From: a virus
Taxonomy: Duplodnaviria; Caudoviricetes
DNA: 52,774 nucleotides
Virus record (IMG/VR): IMGVR_UViG_3300025066_000039
Span: 1 to 52,774 of that record
Reading direction: 5' to 3' (one strand)
Shown here: positions 27,907 through 38,900 of the stretch, one piece after another
Position numbering within the stretch: the first letter of the stretch is position 1
Layout of the letters: every line of letters begins with the position of its first letter
Made by a program: the position numbers and the translations under genes
Notes under the pieces: generated by a model
Told to the model about the DNA's origin: nothing
Seen by the model: the letters and a program-made list of their open reading frames with translations, nothing else
The model's database searches: none

Positions 27907-30900
27907 ATGGTAACAATAGTACATGGAAGCAGTCACTTTACACCAATCGGAGCAACACATGTTACTGGCCCGACTGGTGCTTCTGGCGGCACAGGTGCTA
28001 CCGGTCCATTAGGTTATGGGTATACGGGTGCAACGGGATTTAGTGGTGGTAATATCACCAACATGTATCTTGTTGATGTTGATGGTAATCCCACTATTAC
28101 TGGTGATAGATTTCATACAATATTTGAATTAGTAGATGAAAATGAAACTAGTTGGACTAGTAGTTATACAACTACAACAAGAATTAAAGGGCCAACAGGT
28201 GGCGCGTATCCATTAATTGATGGACAAAATATTAATGATTCTTCGCGTATGGGTGTCACACTTGTGCAAGGAAGAGATTCTAATAATAATGCCAGTTCAC
28301 TTGTATTAAAAGTGATTGAGGTTACTGGCCCCGCATTATCTTTACAACAAAACGAAAGTTTAGATACAATTAACATCATATATGATCCAGGAAATTTTGG
28401 ATACTTAAATATTGATGGAACTGATACTGATAATGCCGCAGGACAATTGGTGGGCCTTTCTGGGTCTAACCTTGCAGGAATTAGTGGAGCAAAATACGAC
28501 ATATCGACAAGTTCGGGGCTTCCAAGTGGAGCAAATGCCATTGATGTTAGAGTTGCAAACTTTAAAGAAAAGGCAAAATATCTCAAAATTGGTACTGGTT
28601 ATGATATTGAAGAAATTGGTGTGGGTGGACCATTATATGCGCCACCTGAGTCTCAATCTATCGACCCAAACACTGCTAAAGTTTTCATACTTAATATGAG
28701 GCAAATAGATGGTGTTGCTGGATATACAGGAGAAGTTTCATTAAACTTTAAAGATGCAAGTTTTGGATATACAGGAAATGGCCCTGTTGGTAGTGGTGGT
28801 AGTGATGCAGAATTAGCAAAAGCATTTAGTTTGATTGTTCATGGTGCTACAAATAGTGGAGAATACCCGCCGTGGTACACCAACAGTCAAACAGAAAAAA
28901 ATATTATATGGCCCTTAAACAAACCTCCATGTTGGAGTGGTACAACTGATATTATAAACTTTTTCTGGTTGCCTTGCGATTATGATGAAACATGGTGTCC
29001 GGGCGAGTATGCATGGCACGGAAATGTAGTTCAATGGTATGGTGCGACTGGTGAAACGGATAGCAGGGATGCATATTGTTGTTATAATGATGATGGTACA
29101 TTTTCTTTTGATGGATATAAAGATGGCCGAGATTACTATTTTGGTAATACTGGAGGCACTGGTGCTTGTTGTATGGGGAAAGGGGTATGTGTTCATACAA
29201 CAGAAGATAATTGCCCTGGTTATTATAGTGGTGCAGGCACATTGTGTGGTGCAGGTGGAACAGGAAGTTCTTGCTATGAACTCGGACCATGCTGTGTAAG
29301 AAATACACAATCGAAAGAAGTTATATGTTATGAAAATATGTCTGCTAATGAGTGTGTGGATTTGGCCGAAGTATTAAACTACCATACTCTCTTTGGCGGA
29401 ACGGCAAATTCATGTGAAGAAATGCAGTGCGGAAATTTAAGAAATGAAATAGGAGCATGCTGTGATGGTATAGGAAACTGTGAAGAAATATCTAAAACTA
29501 ATTGTTTAAGACAAAAGAAATTCTTTATGGGAATTGGTATTCCGTGTGTTAATAAAGATGATGTGCAAATTTGTTCGGGTGGTACTGGGGCATGTTGTAA
29601 AGGTGGAGAAGCATGCGATAATAATACTTCTGGATTATCCTGTATAAGTGATGGTTATTTATATGGGGGACACGGTTCTCATTGTCGTGATATTGATTGT
29701 AGGAATGATTCAAGAACTTCTGGGTGTGTTACAGAAGTTGCAGGATTAAATTTACAACCTGGCGATTTATATGCGGGTGGTATGGTTGTTGGATTATATC
29801 ATCCTGATGGTGAGGTTGGAATAGGAGCAAGGGGATTTGGTGGTTCTAAATTTTCTTCGTGGGAATCATTAATGCGTGGTGGTTTTGGTTCTACCTTTGA
29901 TAATATAGGTGATGTGCCGTCTAAATATAAATCCAAATATGATTGGCACAGTTATGGATTTGACTCTAAATCTTCTTGCAATAAACACACCAACAGAAAT
30001 GATGCATATTATGTAATTGTTTCATTAAATCCTATAGGAATAACTGGTGATAGAGTTGTAGAATATAATGATGTGGATGGTATTACAAATGAATTTTATT
30101 GGGGAAATCGTGGTAGTTCATGGGGACCTTTATATAATCAAAATCTTGGAATATATGAAGATATAACTAATGAATATAAATATGAAGTGTTTCCTAAATC
30201 TGAGGGTTATTGGTATGACCAAAATAGGGGCAAGGTTTCATTAACCACCCTTCCAGAAAAAACATTCAGTTCATGTAATGCATCTAGGATATATGGAAGT
30301 GATGCAATAAGTAAATTAAAAACTAGACCGACACAAACTGCACATGGTATGTGGCACAGAAACTGGGGATTATATAATACAATTAGAATTATTAGTGCGG
30401 ATAATGCACTATTTAAAGGTTATTATGATAATGATGGAACATATACAGGTTCAGATTTTGGGCCTGGATTAACAAGTGGATATGTTTCTGCGGTTCGTGC
30501 AGTAAGATTATATGATGATAATTTAATATCTTTGGGAATAACGGGTTCTAATTCATCTAATGTTTCTGGTTGGTATTTACCAAGTCATGATGAGTTTTCA
30601 TATGTTGCAAATAATTGCATTAGAACTGTTGATAATAAATTTAATTTAAATTCTAAACTTCTTGAAGAGGGTGGAACGCCATTAGATGGCTGGCATTGGA
30701 CTTCTACTGGTGCATATGATGAAACAAAAGGATTAACTGCTGGAATAGGAGAAGGAATTATTAATCCTGCCACTGCGACTGGTCCTCTTGGAGTAACCGC
30801 AGATCCTGGAAGTTTAGCATGGGCGATAAAAATAAATCAAAGTGGGGATTCTGATAATTTCCTAGTAGGCAAAAAGAACAGAACAGCGAATACATATAAA

Positions 30901-31026
30901 GTAAGACCTATCCGTTTAGTGAGATGTGATGGTAGATATCCAATCAGTGACGATAGTAATTATAAGTTATGGAAGCTCCCAAATATTATTCGAGATGAAG
31001 ATAAAGGAATTAACCAGAGGTACTAA
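27907..31026 (+). CDS. Fibre protein: collagen-like N-terminus, GACC repeats, C-terminal DUF1566/CLec-like domain
   Basis: GPTGASGGTGATGPLG; WP..PCWSGTTDIINFF; four G(A/P)CC units; PGDLYAGG..GWYLPSHDE..WHWTSTG..LAW..KVRPIRLV. Confidence 0.75.
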   Translation: MVTIVHGSSHFTPIGATHVTGPTGASGGTGATGPLGYGYTGATGFSGGNITNMYLVDVDGNPTITGDRFHTIFELVDENETSWTSSYTTTTRIKGPTGGAYPLIDGQNINDSSRMGVTLVQGRDSNNNASSLVLKVIEVTGPALSLQQNESLDTINIIYDPGNFGYLNIDGTDTDNAAGQLVGLSGSNLAGISGAKYDISTSSGLPSGANAIDVRVANFKEKAKYLKIGTGYDIEEIGVGGPLYAPPESQSIDPNTAKVFILNMRQIDGVAGYTGEVSLNFKDASFGYTGNGPVGSGGSDAELAKAFSLIVHGATNSGEYPPWYTNSQTEKNIIWPLNKPPCWSGTTDIINFFWLPCDYDETWCPGEYAWHGNVVQWYGATGETDSRDAYCCYNDDGTFSFDGYKDGRDYYFGNTGGTGACCMGKGVCVHTTEDNCPGYYSGAGTLCGAGGTGSSCYELGPCCVRNTQSKEVICYENMSANECVDLAEVLNYHTLFGGTANSCEEMQCGNLRNEIGACCDGIGNCEEISKTNCLRQKKFFMGIGIPCVNKDDVQICSGGTGACCKGGEACDNNTSGLSCISDGYLYGGHGSHCRDIDCRNDSRTSGCVTEVAGLNLQPGDLYAGGMVVGLYHPDGEVGIGARGFGGSKFSSWESLMRGGFGSTFDNIGDVPSKYKSKYDWHSYGFDSKSSCNKHTNRNDAYYVIVSLNPIGITGDRVVEYNDVDGITNEFYWGNRGSSWGPLYNQNLGIYEDITNEYKYEVFPKSEGYWYDQNRGKVSLTTLPEKTFSSCNASRIYGSDAISKLKTRPTQTAHGMWHRNWGLYNTIRIISADNALFKGYYDNDGTYTGSDFGPGLTSGYVSAVRAVRLYDDNLISLGITGSNSSNVSGWYLPSHDEFSYVANNCIRTVDNKFNLNSKLLEEGGTPLDGWHWTSTGAYDETKGLTAGIGEGIINPATATGPLGVTADPGSLAWAIKINQSGDSDNFLVGKKNRTANTYKVRPIRLVRCDGRYPISDDSNYKLWKLPNIIRDEDKGINQRY

Positions 31027-33890
31027 TGGCAGTAATACAAGGAAGCAGTAGAATAAAAAATATATCAGGGGCCAGTTATATAACTGGCCCTACTGGTTTT
31101 GCTGGCAACACTGGGCCGAGGGGATTGACAGGAACGACTGGTCAAGTAGGTCCAGTAGGATTTACAGGTTATGGCATTGCTGGTGTTAGTGGAAGCAGTG
31201 GTGAAGGTATCACCTATGAACTTATATTTACTCTTAGGGGATATGAAGGTTCTACAACAGGATTACTTTTAACGCAAGGAACAACTTTGGGTGTTACAGG
31301 TATTCGGGGTTCGACAGGAGATATTCCTACCGCATCATATTCTATTATAAATGCACTATCTAGGACTAATTCTAATTACGGAGAAGTATTTAAATCTATA
31401 GAGGGCCGTACAGCAACTTTCCGAAATTTAACGGTTAGTGGAAGTGGTATCAGTATAGTAACTCCAGAAAGTGATACTATTCTTATTAGAGGCCTTACAC
31501 ACGATTATGGAATACTTGGAAATACTGGAGAATTAATTTTTATTAATAATAGTATATCTGGCTTATCTGCTAATGCGGCAACAAATACATTTTGGAGTGG
31601 TGATCAATTAACCGCTAGAATATTAACACACAGAGAAAGATTTGTGATAACTGGCAGTGAAGGATCAACAAGTAATAACTTTACATCATGGAGTGTAACA
31701 CCAGGCCACGTAGGAACGATTGGAATCAATACTCCTGATGGAACATCTGTTTCCTTTAGTAGCATAACAGATAAAGAAAATGCCGGAGATGACTCTACTG
31801 CGGGTTTAACTGCCATGTATAGTGGCATATATGTTGATGATGATGATGGTTCTCATAATGCGGGCGTTTACAGATTTCCAGGAATAACATTTAATACTCC
31901 ATTAATTCCAGAACCAATTAATGTGGGTTCTTGTTGTTATTGTAGGGCAGGAACCGGGGAACAAGACGGAATAACAGGTCCAGGTTATAGGGGTTGTTTA
32001 GATTATGTAAGTGAACAATATTGTGATGAAATTAGTGGATGGTTCTCTGGCAGCACTGCGTGTATAAATCGTTCAGAAGGAACAGATTGTCATTATGAGG
32101 GAATGTGTTGTGTGAACGGAAATTGCATAGAAACCACACAGCATAAGTGTAATGTTTATGCTGGATTTTTTATTCCTATCAATTCAGATGCTAGTTTAAC
32201 TACTTGTGATGATTTGGATGTGTGGGGCGGTTGTCCTGAAGCGTGTGGCGACCGTGGTGCGTGTTGTTTGAGGGGAGAATGTATAACTACAACTCCATAC
32301 GAATGTTCGCTGTCAATGGATAGTATTTGGTTGGGGGGTGAAACACCCCGTTACGAACAGTGTGATGATGTCAATTGTTGTTTGCAAGAAGTAGGTGCGT
32401 GTTGTGTTGACGAAGTGTGTTATAATTGTAATGCGGAAGTGTGTGCATCACTAAGGTCGAGCTTTGGAAGTGGAGATTCTAAAGGCATGTTTTGGGGTGC
32501 AGGTTCAAAATGTTCTGGATTAAATTACGCTGATCCGCCACCAACAGATAATAGTGGAAATGAAACTGTAGTAGATCAAACTTATGCTCCATATAACTGC
32601 TTGGTTTGGGATGCAACAGCTGGCGCATTTGAAATGCACGGTCTTTTAAAGAGTGATGGTATGTGTCAATCAGATGATACTCCTCCACCATGTACTGGAT
32701 GTCCGGGTTGGTCGCAGGTAATGCCTACGATGCCCGATTCGGAGTGTCCATACCCTGTAGGCCCATTTAGTGGAGATTTTTGTTTGTGTCCTGGTTCAAA
32801 CTGTTACTGTGCCCCCGAAAACACAAATCAAAATTCATATACTTGTTTAGATTATCAAAATTGTGGTACGATTATATTACAAGATGGAAGTTGTCATGAA
32901 TGTTGTAAGAGTAAACCAGGAGAGGTTGAGGAACAAAAATCAGCATGTTGTAAGCCTGACCACAGCGGTGATGGCACATATGAATGTGTGATGGAAACTT
33001 GGGAGGATTGTACCAGTGCGTATGGTATATGGACACGAGGCGAATCGTGTGTCAACATTGACTGTAACTGGGGAGCTTGTTGTAAAGATTGGGGATGTGA
33101 ACCTGGCGTGGGTATAACTGAATGTTATGTTGAAGGTGGTATATGGATTGCGAACGGAAATTGTGGCGCTGATCCTTGTTCGGAATATTCTCTAATGGGG
33201 GATTTGTGGAATTTTAGTGGGGGAGAAGGCGCAAGAGCAAGAGGCCAATCAAGAAGTCAAGACTCGGCCGACTTATATTTTCAAAGCATGGCATCATCAG
33301 ATTCAACTTGGCAACAAGACAAAATTATAGGAAATAGTGGTAAAAATCGAAAAACATATTCTGTTCCTGAATACAGAAAAGTAGTTGATGCTCCAGATGC
33401 AAAACAATTTTCTGGTAAATTTAGTTTATCTGGATGTATAGAACCCCGTAATGTAGTTTCTCCAGTAGATAAAGGTGAACAATGGACCATTGAAGTTGGA
33501 AGTGGAGATTGTAATTGTTGTTGTCCTGGAGTTTGTTGGGAAGGTGCATTGGGGGATGGTGGAATCGTTAATGATTGTAAAGATATAGATGAAAGGTGTT
33601 ATAATAACTTTGATTCTGAGATGTGTGTTGGGTCTTCGTCAGTATCTCATAAAATTGAATCATTACCAACAAAAAATAAATCTATATGCGCTAAAGAAAC
33701 ATGGAAAGAAAACAGTCTTGGTTGCCAACCATACATAGATGATAAGGATTCTACGAATCAAGTTTGGATGGTTTGCTCTTGTTGTTGTGATTCTGGTTGT
33801 ATAGAATTTGATGAGCCTGTACCGTGTTCTGACTGTGAGAGTCGTGGGAATTGTGTTTGTGTGAATGGTTGTGATAAGTGCTTTGCATAA
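31026..33890 (+). CDS. Fibre protein: collagen-like N-terminus plus Cys-rich GACC repeats
   Basis: MAVIQGSS..GPTGFAGNTGPRGLTGTTGQVGPVG; about six xxCC units. Confidence 0.72.
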   Translation: MAVIQGSSRIKNISGASYITGPTGFAGNTGPRGLTGTTGQVGPVGFTGYGIAGVSGSSGEGITYELIFTLRGYEGSTTGLLLTQGTTLGVTGIRGSTGDIPTASYSIINALSRTNSNYGEVFKSIEGRTATFRNLTVSGSGISIVTPESDTILIRGLTHDYGILGNTGELIFINNSISGLSANAATNTFWSGDQLTARILTHRERFVITGSEGSTSNNFTSWSVTPGHVGTIGINTPDGTSVSFSSITDKENAGDDSTAGLTAMYSGIYVDDDDGSHNAGVYRFPGITFNTPLIPEPINVGSCCYCRAGTGEQDGITGPGYRGCLDYVSEQYCDEISGWFSGSTACINRSEGTDCHYEGMCCVNGNCIETTQHKCNVYAGFFIPINSDASLTTCDDLDVWGGCPEACGDRGACCLRGECITTTPYECSLSMDSIWLGGETPRYEQCDDVNCCLQEVGACCVDEVCYNCNAEVCASLRSSFGSGDSKGMFWGAGSKCSGLNYADPPPTDNSGNETVVDQTYAPYNCLVWDATAGAFEMHGLLKSDGMCQSDDTPPPCTGCPGWSQVMPTMPDSECPYPVGPFSGDFCLCPGSNCYCAPENTNQNSYTCLDYQNCGTIILQDGSCHECCKSKPGEVEEQKSACCKPDHSGDGTYECVMETWEDCTSAYGIWTRGESCVNIDCNWGACCKDWGCEPGVGITECYVEGGIWIANGNCGADPCSEYSLMGDLWNFSGGEGARARGQSRSQDSADLYFQSMASSDSTWQQDKIIGNSGKNRKTYSVPEYRKVVDAPDAKQFSGKFSLSGCIEPRNVVSPVDKGEQWTIEVGSGDCNCCCPGVCWEGALGDGGIVNDCKDIDERCYNNFDSEMCVGSSSVSHKIESLPTKNKSICAKETWKENSLGCQPYIDDKDSTNQVWMVCSCCCDSGCIEFDEPVPCSDCESRGNCVCVNGCDKCFA

Positions 33891-33904
33891 TAAAGGAACA
33901 ATAG

Positions 33905-35950
33905 ATGCCAGTAATTGGAAGTAGTTCAGTAGTACCACCAGGATCCGTGATGGGACCAAAAGGTCTTCGTGGTTTAACTGGCTCTACTGGTCCGGCAGGT
34001 ACGGGTGGTACGGGTCCAACTGGACCTACAGGTGCAACTGGTGCTTTTGTATTTTCTGGCAGAACCGAAGATGATAATTTAATATTAGTTCTTTCCGATG
34101 GAAAAGAATTTACAATTGAGGGGTTAAAAGGACCAACAGGAGAAGTTGCGGCCGCTGGCGCTATTACTGGAGCTTCTGGAACAAACCCAGTTAGTATATT
34201 TAGAAATATAACAGATGGTATTACATTTTATTTCCGAGGAATAACAGCAGAAGGAACATTAACATCATATCAAACAGATGATTTGATAGGTATCAGTGGT
34301 GATATTATATACAAAGAAGGTGTAACAGCAGATGGAATGATAAGAAATAGATTTTCTTATATTTCGGCCGGAGCATCAGCAGATTCTACTGGATTAACTT
34401 TTGATTCTCTTGGCACAGTTTATTTTTCTGAAACTGGTGGCGCTACTGGTTACTCATATGATCCAGAAGAAATTGTTGTGCGAGTTCCTTCGATGCCACT
34501 TTTTGAAATGGATGGTGTTACGCCAAAAATTTATGGAATAACTGGTGGAGAGCCAAGTGCATGGTATACTGGCCCAACATGTGGTGACGGCGCAGGAATG
34601 ATTATGGATGTAAAGCATGGAAGTGTATTCCGAATTGAAACACCAATAGGAATTCAAGGATTTACTGGAGATTTTTCTAGTAATGAAGTGTTTAACTTTA
34701 CTATGCATCTGGGCGGTTACGACATATGGGATTGGCCAGGTAATATTTATTTTGATGAAAATGAACTGTATTTTTCTTGCGGTTGGGACATCATCAACTT
34801 CTTAACAAATGATGGTGGGAACACATGGAAGGCAAATGTTGCTAATCGTGCATATGGAGTGGATAAATGTTTTGGTTCTATTGGTTTAGGCTCTTGTTGT
34901 CATTTGGATATGGATGAACCACTTGAGTGGCTCGATGACGATTTAGATGTTCGGCCAAGTAGTAAAATACTCTGTATCGATTATATGTCAGAGAATGATT
35001 GTGCCCAACTTTATAGTCCATATGATTTAGATGGAGAACCAACTTTAGGGGGATCATGGAATCAATTTATGCCATGTGGTGAGGGTTGTGGTTTTGATGG
35101 AGATGCATCGGGAGTTTGTTGTAGTGATGGTGGTAATTGGGGAAACTTTGGAAACATGGCAGTTTGTATTGAAAATGTTGGTGCAGATGAATGTAATAAT
35201 TTTGGCGCGACATATTGGACTCATATTTACTATAGAAATGTTGATAATGAGATGAATAGCATACCATCGGAATTAATTGAAGGTGGTCCTGTCCCCATTA
35301 CTTGTGATATGGAAATAGGGGAGTATAGTTATACCCTCAGTGGAGGATGGCCATGTATAAATCCTTGCGAGGGTGGAATTGCATGTTGTAAAGACGGAGA
35401 ATGCATCGGCGATTCGCTTGGTGCTGGAGATACTCATGGTGAAAAACTTCCACCACTAACAGCGGCTGCATGTGAACTTGTTTATGGTGGTATCGCGATT
35501 ATTGGTAAAAGTTGTTCGGATACATCTGTAGATTGTTGTGATGAAACACCATATGTTGGTGCATGTTGTAAAAATGCAAACACTGGAGTTCCTGGTGCAA
35601 GGGAATGCCATGATAATGTATTGCGTAAAGTCTGTTTGGATGATGATTTAAATGTATTCATGGGACCCGGTACGGAATGTACTGGCCATAACGCAGTTGA
35701 TTGTTGCGGTGGGGTAATTGGTGCATGTTGTAATGCGCTTCTGGGTACATGCACACACACAGTTGCGGCAGATTGTCCTTATCCAAATGTGTTTGGTGGT
35801 GAAGGATCAGAATGCACAGATGTTGGTTTTTGTGTTGCTCCACTGGGTGCGTGTTGTTTTGCTGAGGGTGGTTGTGGTGAAAATAAATTTAGTGAGTGCC
35901 AAAATGCTGGTGGCACTTGGAGAGGTCCACATACTCTATGTTGCGAATAA
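33905..35950 (+). CDS. Fibre protein: collagen-like N-terminus, WP..DIINF..DGG.TW domain, GACC repeats
   Basis: MPVIGSS..GPKGLRGLTGSTGPAG; GWDIINFLTNDGGNTWKA; about six xxCC units. Confidence 0.72.
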   Translation: MPVIGSSSVVPPGSVMGPKGLRGLTGSTGPAGTGGTGPTGPTGATGAFVFSGRTEDDNLILVLSDGKEFTIEGLKGPTGEVAAAGAITGASGTNPVSIFRNITDGITFYFRGITAEGTLTSYQTDDLIGISGDIIYKEGVTADGMIRNRFSYISAGASADSTGLTFDSLGTVYFSETGGATGYSYDPEEIVVRVPSMPLFEMDGVTPKIYGITGGEPSAWYTGPTCGDGAGMIMDVKHGSVFRIETPIGIQGFTGDFSSNEVFNFTMHLGGYDIWDWPGNIYFDENELYFSCGWDIINFLTNDGGNTWKANVANRAYGVDKCFGSIGLGSCCHLDMDEPLEWLDDDLDVRPSSKILCIDYMSENDCAQLYSPYDLDGEPTLGGSWNQFMPCGEGCGFDGDASGVCCSDGGNWGNFGNMAVCIENVGADECNNFGATYWTHIYYRNVDNEMNSIPSELIEGGPVPITCDMEIGEYSYTLSGGWPCINPCEGGIACCKDGECIGDSLGAGDTHGEKLPPLTAAACELVYGGIAIIGKSCSDTSVDCCDETPYVGACCKNANTGVPGARECHDNVLRKVCLDDDLNVFMGPGTECTGHNAVDCCGGVIGACCNALLGTCTHTVAADCPYPNVFGGEGSECTDVGFCVAPLGACCFAEGGCGENKFSECQNAGGTWRGPHTLCCE

Positions 35951-35975
35951 TGTTGATTAATGGGAGTATTATATA

Positions 35976-38900
35976 ATGGGTGCTTGCTGTTTTACTGACG
36001 GCTCATGTCTAGATAACCTTTCAACGAGTGTCCAATGTGTGGCAGTTGGTGGTACACCATGGCCCTGTACGCCGGGAGTGGGCACTTGCACCGAGGAATA
36101 CTGGGATACATTTGATTGCTATAGTGTAGTTCCTGGCACTGATGGAACTTGCCCAGCATGTGAGTTTGATTGTCTCGATGTACCAACTGGTGCGTGTTGC
36201 ATAGAAAATAATCACTGCCAGTTGAAGACACATGACGGTTGCAATAACGCGGGAGGTTTATATTGGGGTGACGATACGGATTGCGATACTAATTATCCAT
36301 GGCAAGATATGTGTACCGGCATTGCAAAGTGGGGGGCCTGTTGTTGTCAGTGGTGTAACGGAGCGCAATGCAATCCTTGTGGGGAAGGTGGGGTAGACCT
36401 TTGTGAAAACGAAATGAATTATGCAGATTGTTGGACAAGGGGTAATATACAGTTCAACGATACAGTATGGCATCCGCATTATGGGGTTTGTATAAACGGA
36501 CAATGTGTTGGTGAAGGAATATCATGCGAAACAGATGAAGATTGTGATGATGCGGAATGTTGTAGTGATTCTTCTGGTACATCGTTATGTTGTACTGATT
36601 TTAATTGCGATAGCGGTGGCACTTGTCAATCGGATTGCAATGAATGCCCTGGCTCAAATGTGGGTTACTGTTGTTATATTGACCCTGAGGGAAACAACGA
36701 TAGTTGTGGGGGTTACGGGCCCACGGAGTTTGAATGTACTTCGAGCTGCCCATCGGATGACAGTTGTACATGGACTGCTGACACTTGCGGTGCTTGCGAC
36801 AATATTCCACGCGGAGCATGTTGTCATGGCGATGGTTGCGATAGAAGAACTCAGGCCAACTGCGGCATCATCCTTGGAACTTATGTGGGTGATGATACGG
36901 TTTGTGAGGATGGCCCATGTGACGAAGGTGCATGTTGTTTGGGTGTTAATTCGTTCTGCTACCAAAAATTTAGATTTCAATGTGATTATTATACTGAAAC
37001 TGGTTATGGTTTTTATGAAGGCGAGGGGTGTGACCAACAATGCAATATGGGTGCATGTTGCGGTTATGACGACTCCGAGCCGAACTGTACAGATTCTTAT
37101 ATTATGGATGAGTGTGAAGATGTAGATGGCCACAATGGGACTTTTTATGACTCGATATTGTGTTCGCAATTGGATGAGAACTCTTTATGCGAACAGCAAC
37201 CAATTGGTGCGTGTTGTTTGAATCAGGCACCTTGGTGTTATCCAAACATGATTGCCATCGATTGTGGCGATGCTGGTGGTAGTTGGCAGGGAGAAGGCTC
37301 TTCTTGCAATGCCAATTGTGGCGATGGTAGCAATGTTGTTTGTTGCCAGTCGGGAGAAATGCCCGATGGAACAATAGATGAATGTTTTGCTTGCTTCATG
37401 GTTGACACAGAAGACACATGTACTGATTATTGGCATGGAACACCTGGTAGTGAGTTGGATATATTTACATGTAAAGATGGTGCTTGCTGTTTTGAAGGAA
37501 ACCCGCCATCTTGTATAAGCCTATCATTCGAGAATTGCCTTTTGGTTGATGGAACACCAATAGGGCCGGATGAAGAATGCAACGATTGCGACGCGAGCGG
37601 TTGTGAAATTTGTATGGGATCTTGTTGTTATACTAACAATTATACTCCTATATGTGAGACGACTACTTTGCCAGATTGTGAAACAATTAGCGATGGTGTG
37701 TATACCTTTGGAGGATTTGGAACTAATTGTGATAGTGATCCTTGTGCTGCCCCGGGAGCATGTTGCCATTTGATAGTTGACGCGGGCACTTGCTATGATG
37801 GAAAAAATGAATGGGAGTGTCAGGGTGATCTCGAATTTTTCTATAGTGGCCAAGATTGTAAGGATATAGATTGTGATAACCCAACTGATGGTTCTTGTTG
37901 TTTGGGAGGTATATGCTACCATCATTATAAGTTTTCAGATTGTATTATTGCGGGTGGGTTATTTTTTGGTGATGTTGATGATTGTGATGGGATTGTATGT
38001 GATAATGATAAGTGTTGCCAGAGTATTAGTGGTGTTATAACTTGTAATGATTGGTATGATAATAAATGTAATTGTTTGGATTCTGGTGGAAATATAATTT
38101 CAGATTGTATTTCTCAGGGGATGATAAACTGTGATGATTGTGGAGATGATATTGCTTTTGCATGTTGTTCAAGGGTGGATGGATTGTTTACAGGAAACTG
38201 TGCAGATGCTTTATTTTGTGATGATAATGACTTAGTAATACCTAATAGCTATTGTGCAGACAATCCGTGCGATATTGGTGCGTGTTGTTACCAAGATCCA
38301 ACTACGGGTGAAGATGTTTGTTCAATGACTGTGGATTATGATTGTGATATTAAAGGTGGGATTTTTAACTTAACCGCAGATTGTAATGATTGTCACGATT
38401 GGCCAGTCATGGGTGTCGAGATAGGTTCTTGTTGTTTAGAATTTTCTCCAGGATGTTTAGAAGTTCCAGAGTCGGTTTGTGATAATCTCGGTGGTGATTG
38501 GACTGAAGGGGAGGTTTGTCAACAAAATAATAGTTGTGGGGCAGAGAACTGGGGCGCTTGTTGCCGACTTGTTGAAGAATCGGAAGTTTGTTCTGAAGAA
38601 TCTTCTTTTAATTGCGAGAGTTTGGGGGGTGTTTTCCATCATCATGAAATATGTTCTGCGGAAATTTGTGAATTTGGTGATAATTCTGATACTTGTATTA
38701 CTTGTCCAAATGAAAACTGTGGCGGGGGATGCCCTGATGGATACACCTGTTGCCAACCGTCAAATGTGTGCATGTTGGTTTGTGACGAACCGTGTTTTTG
38801 TATAGAAGAGGGGAGAGAATGTTGCCCAGACGATAGTTGTGAGTTCCCATGTGACGAGGTAGCCTACTGTGGTTTGGGACCGGCTTGTCCAGAGCCTCTG

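Noticed and set aside
15694-36545. Diversity-generating retroelement (TR/VR pair) explaining the shared repeat and the CLec domains
   Set aside because: Both copies are in coding Cys repeats rather than at CLec C-termini; there is only one substitution plus an indel; no reverse transcriptase in the window
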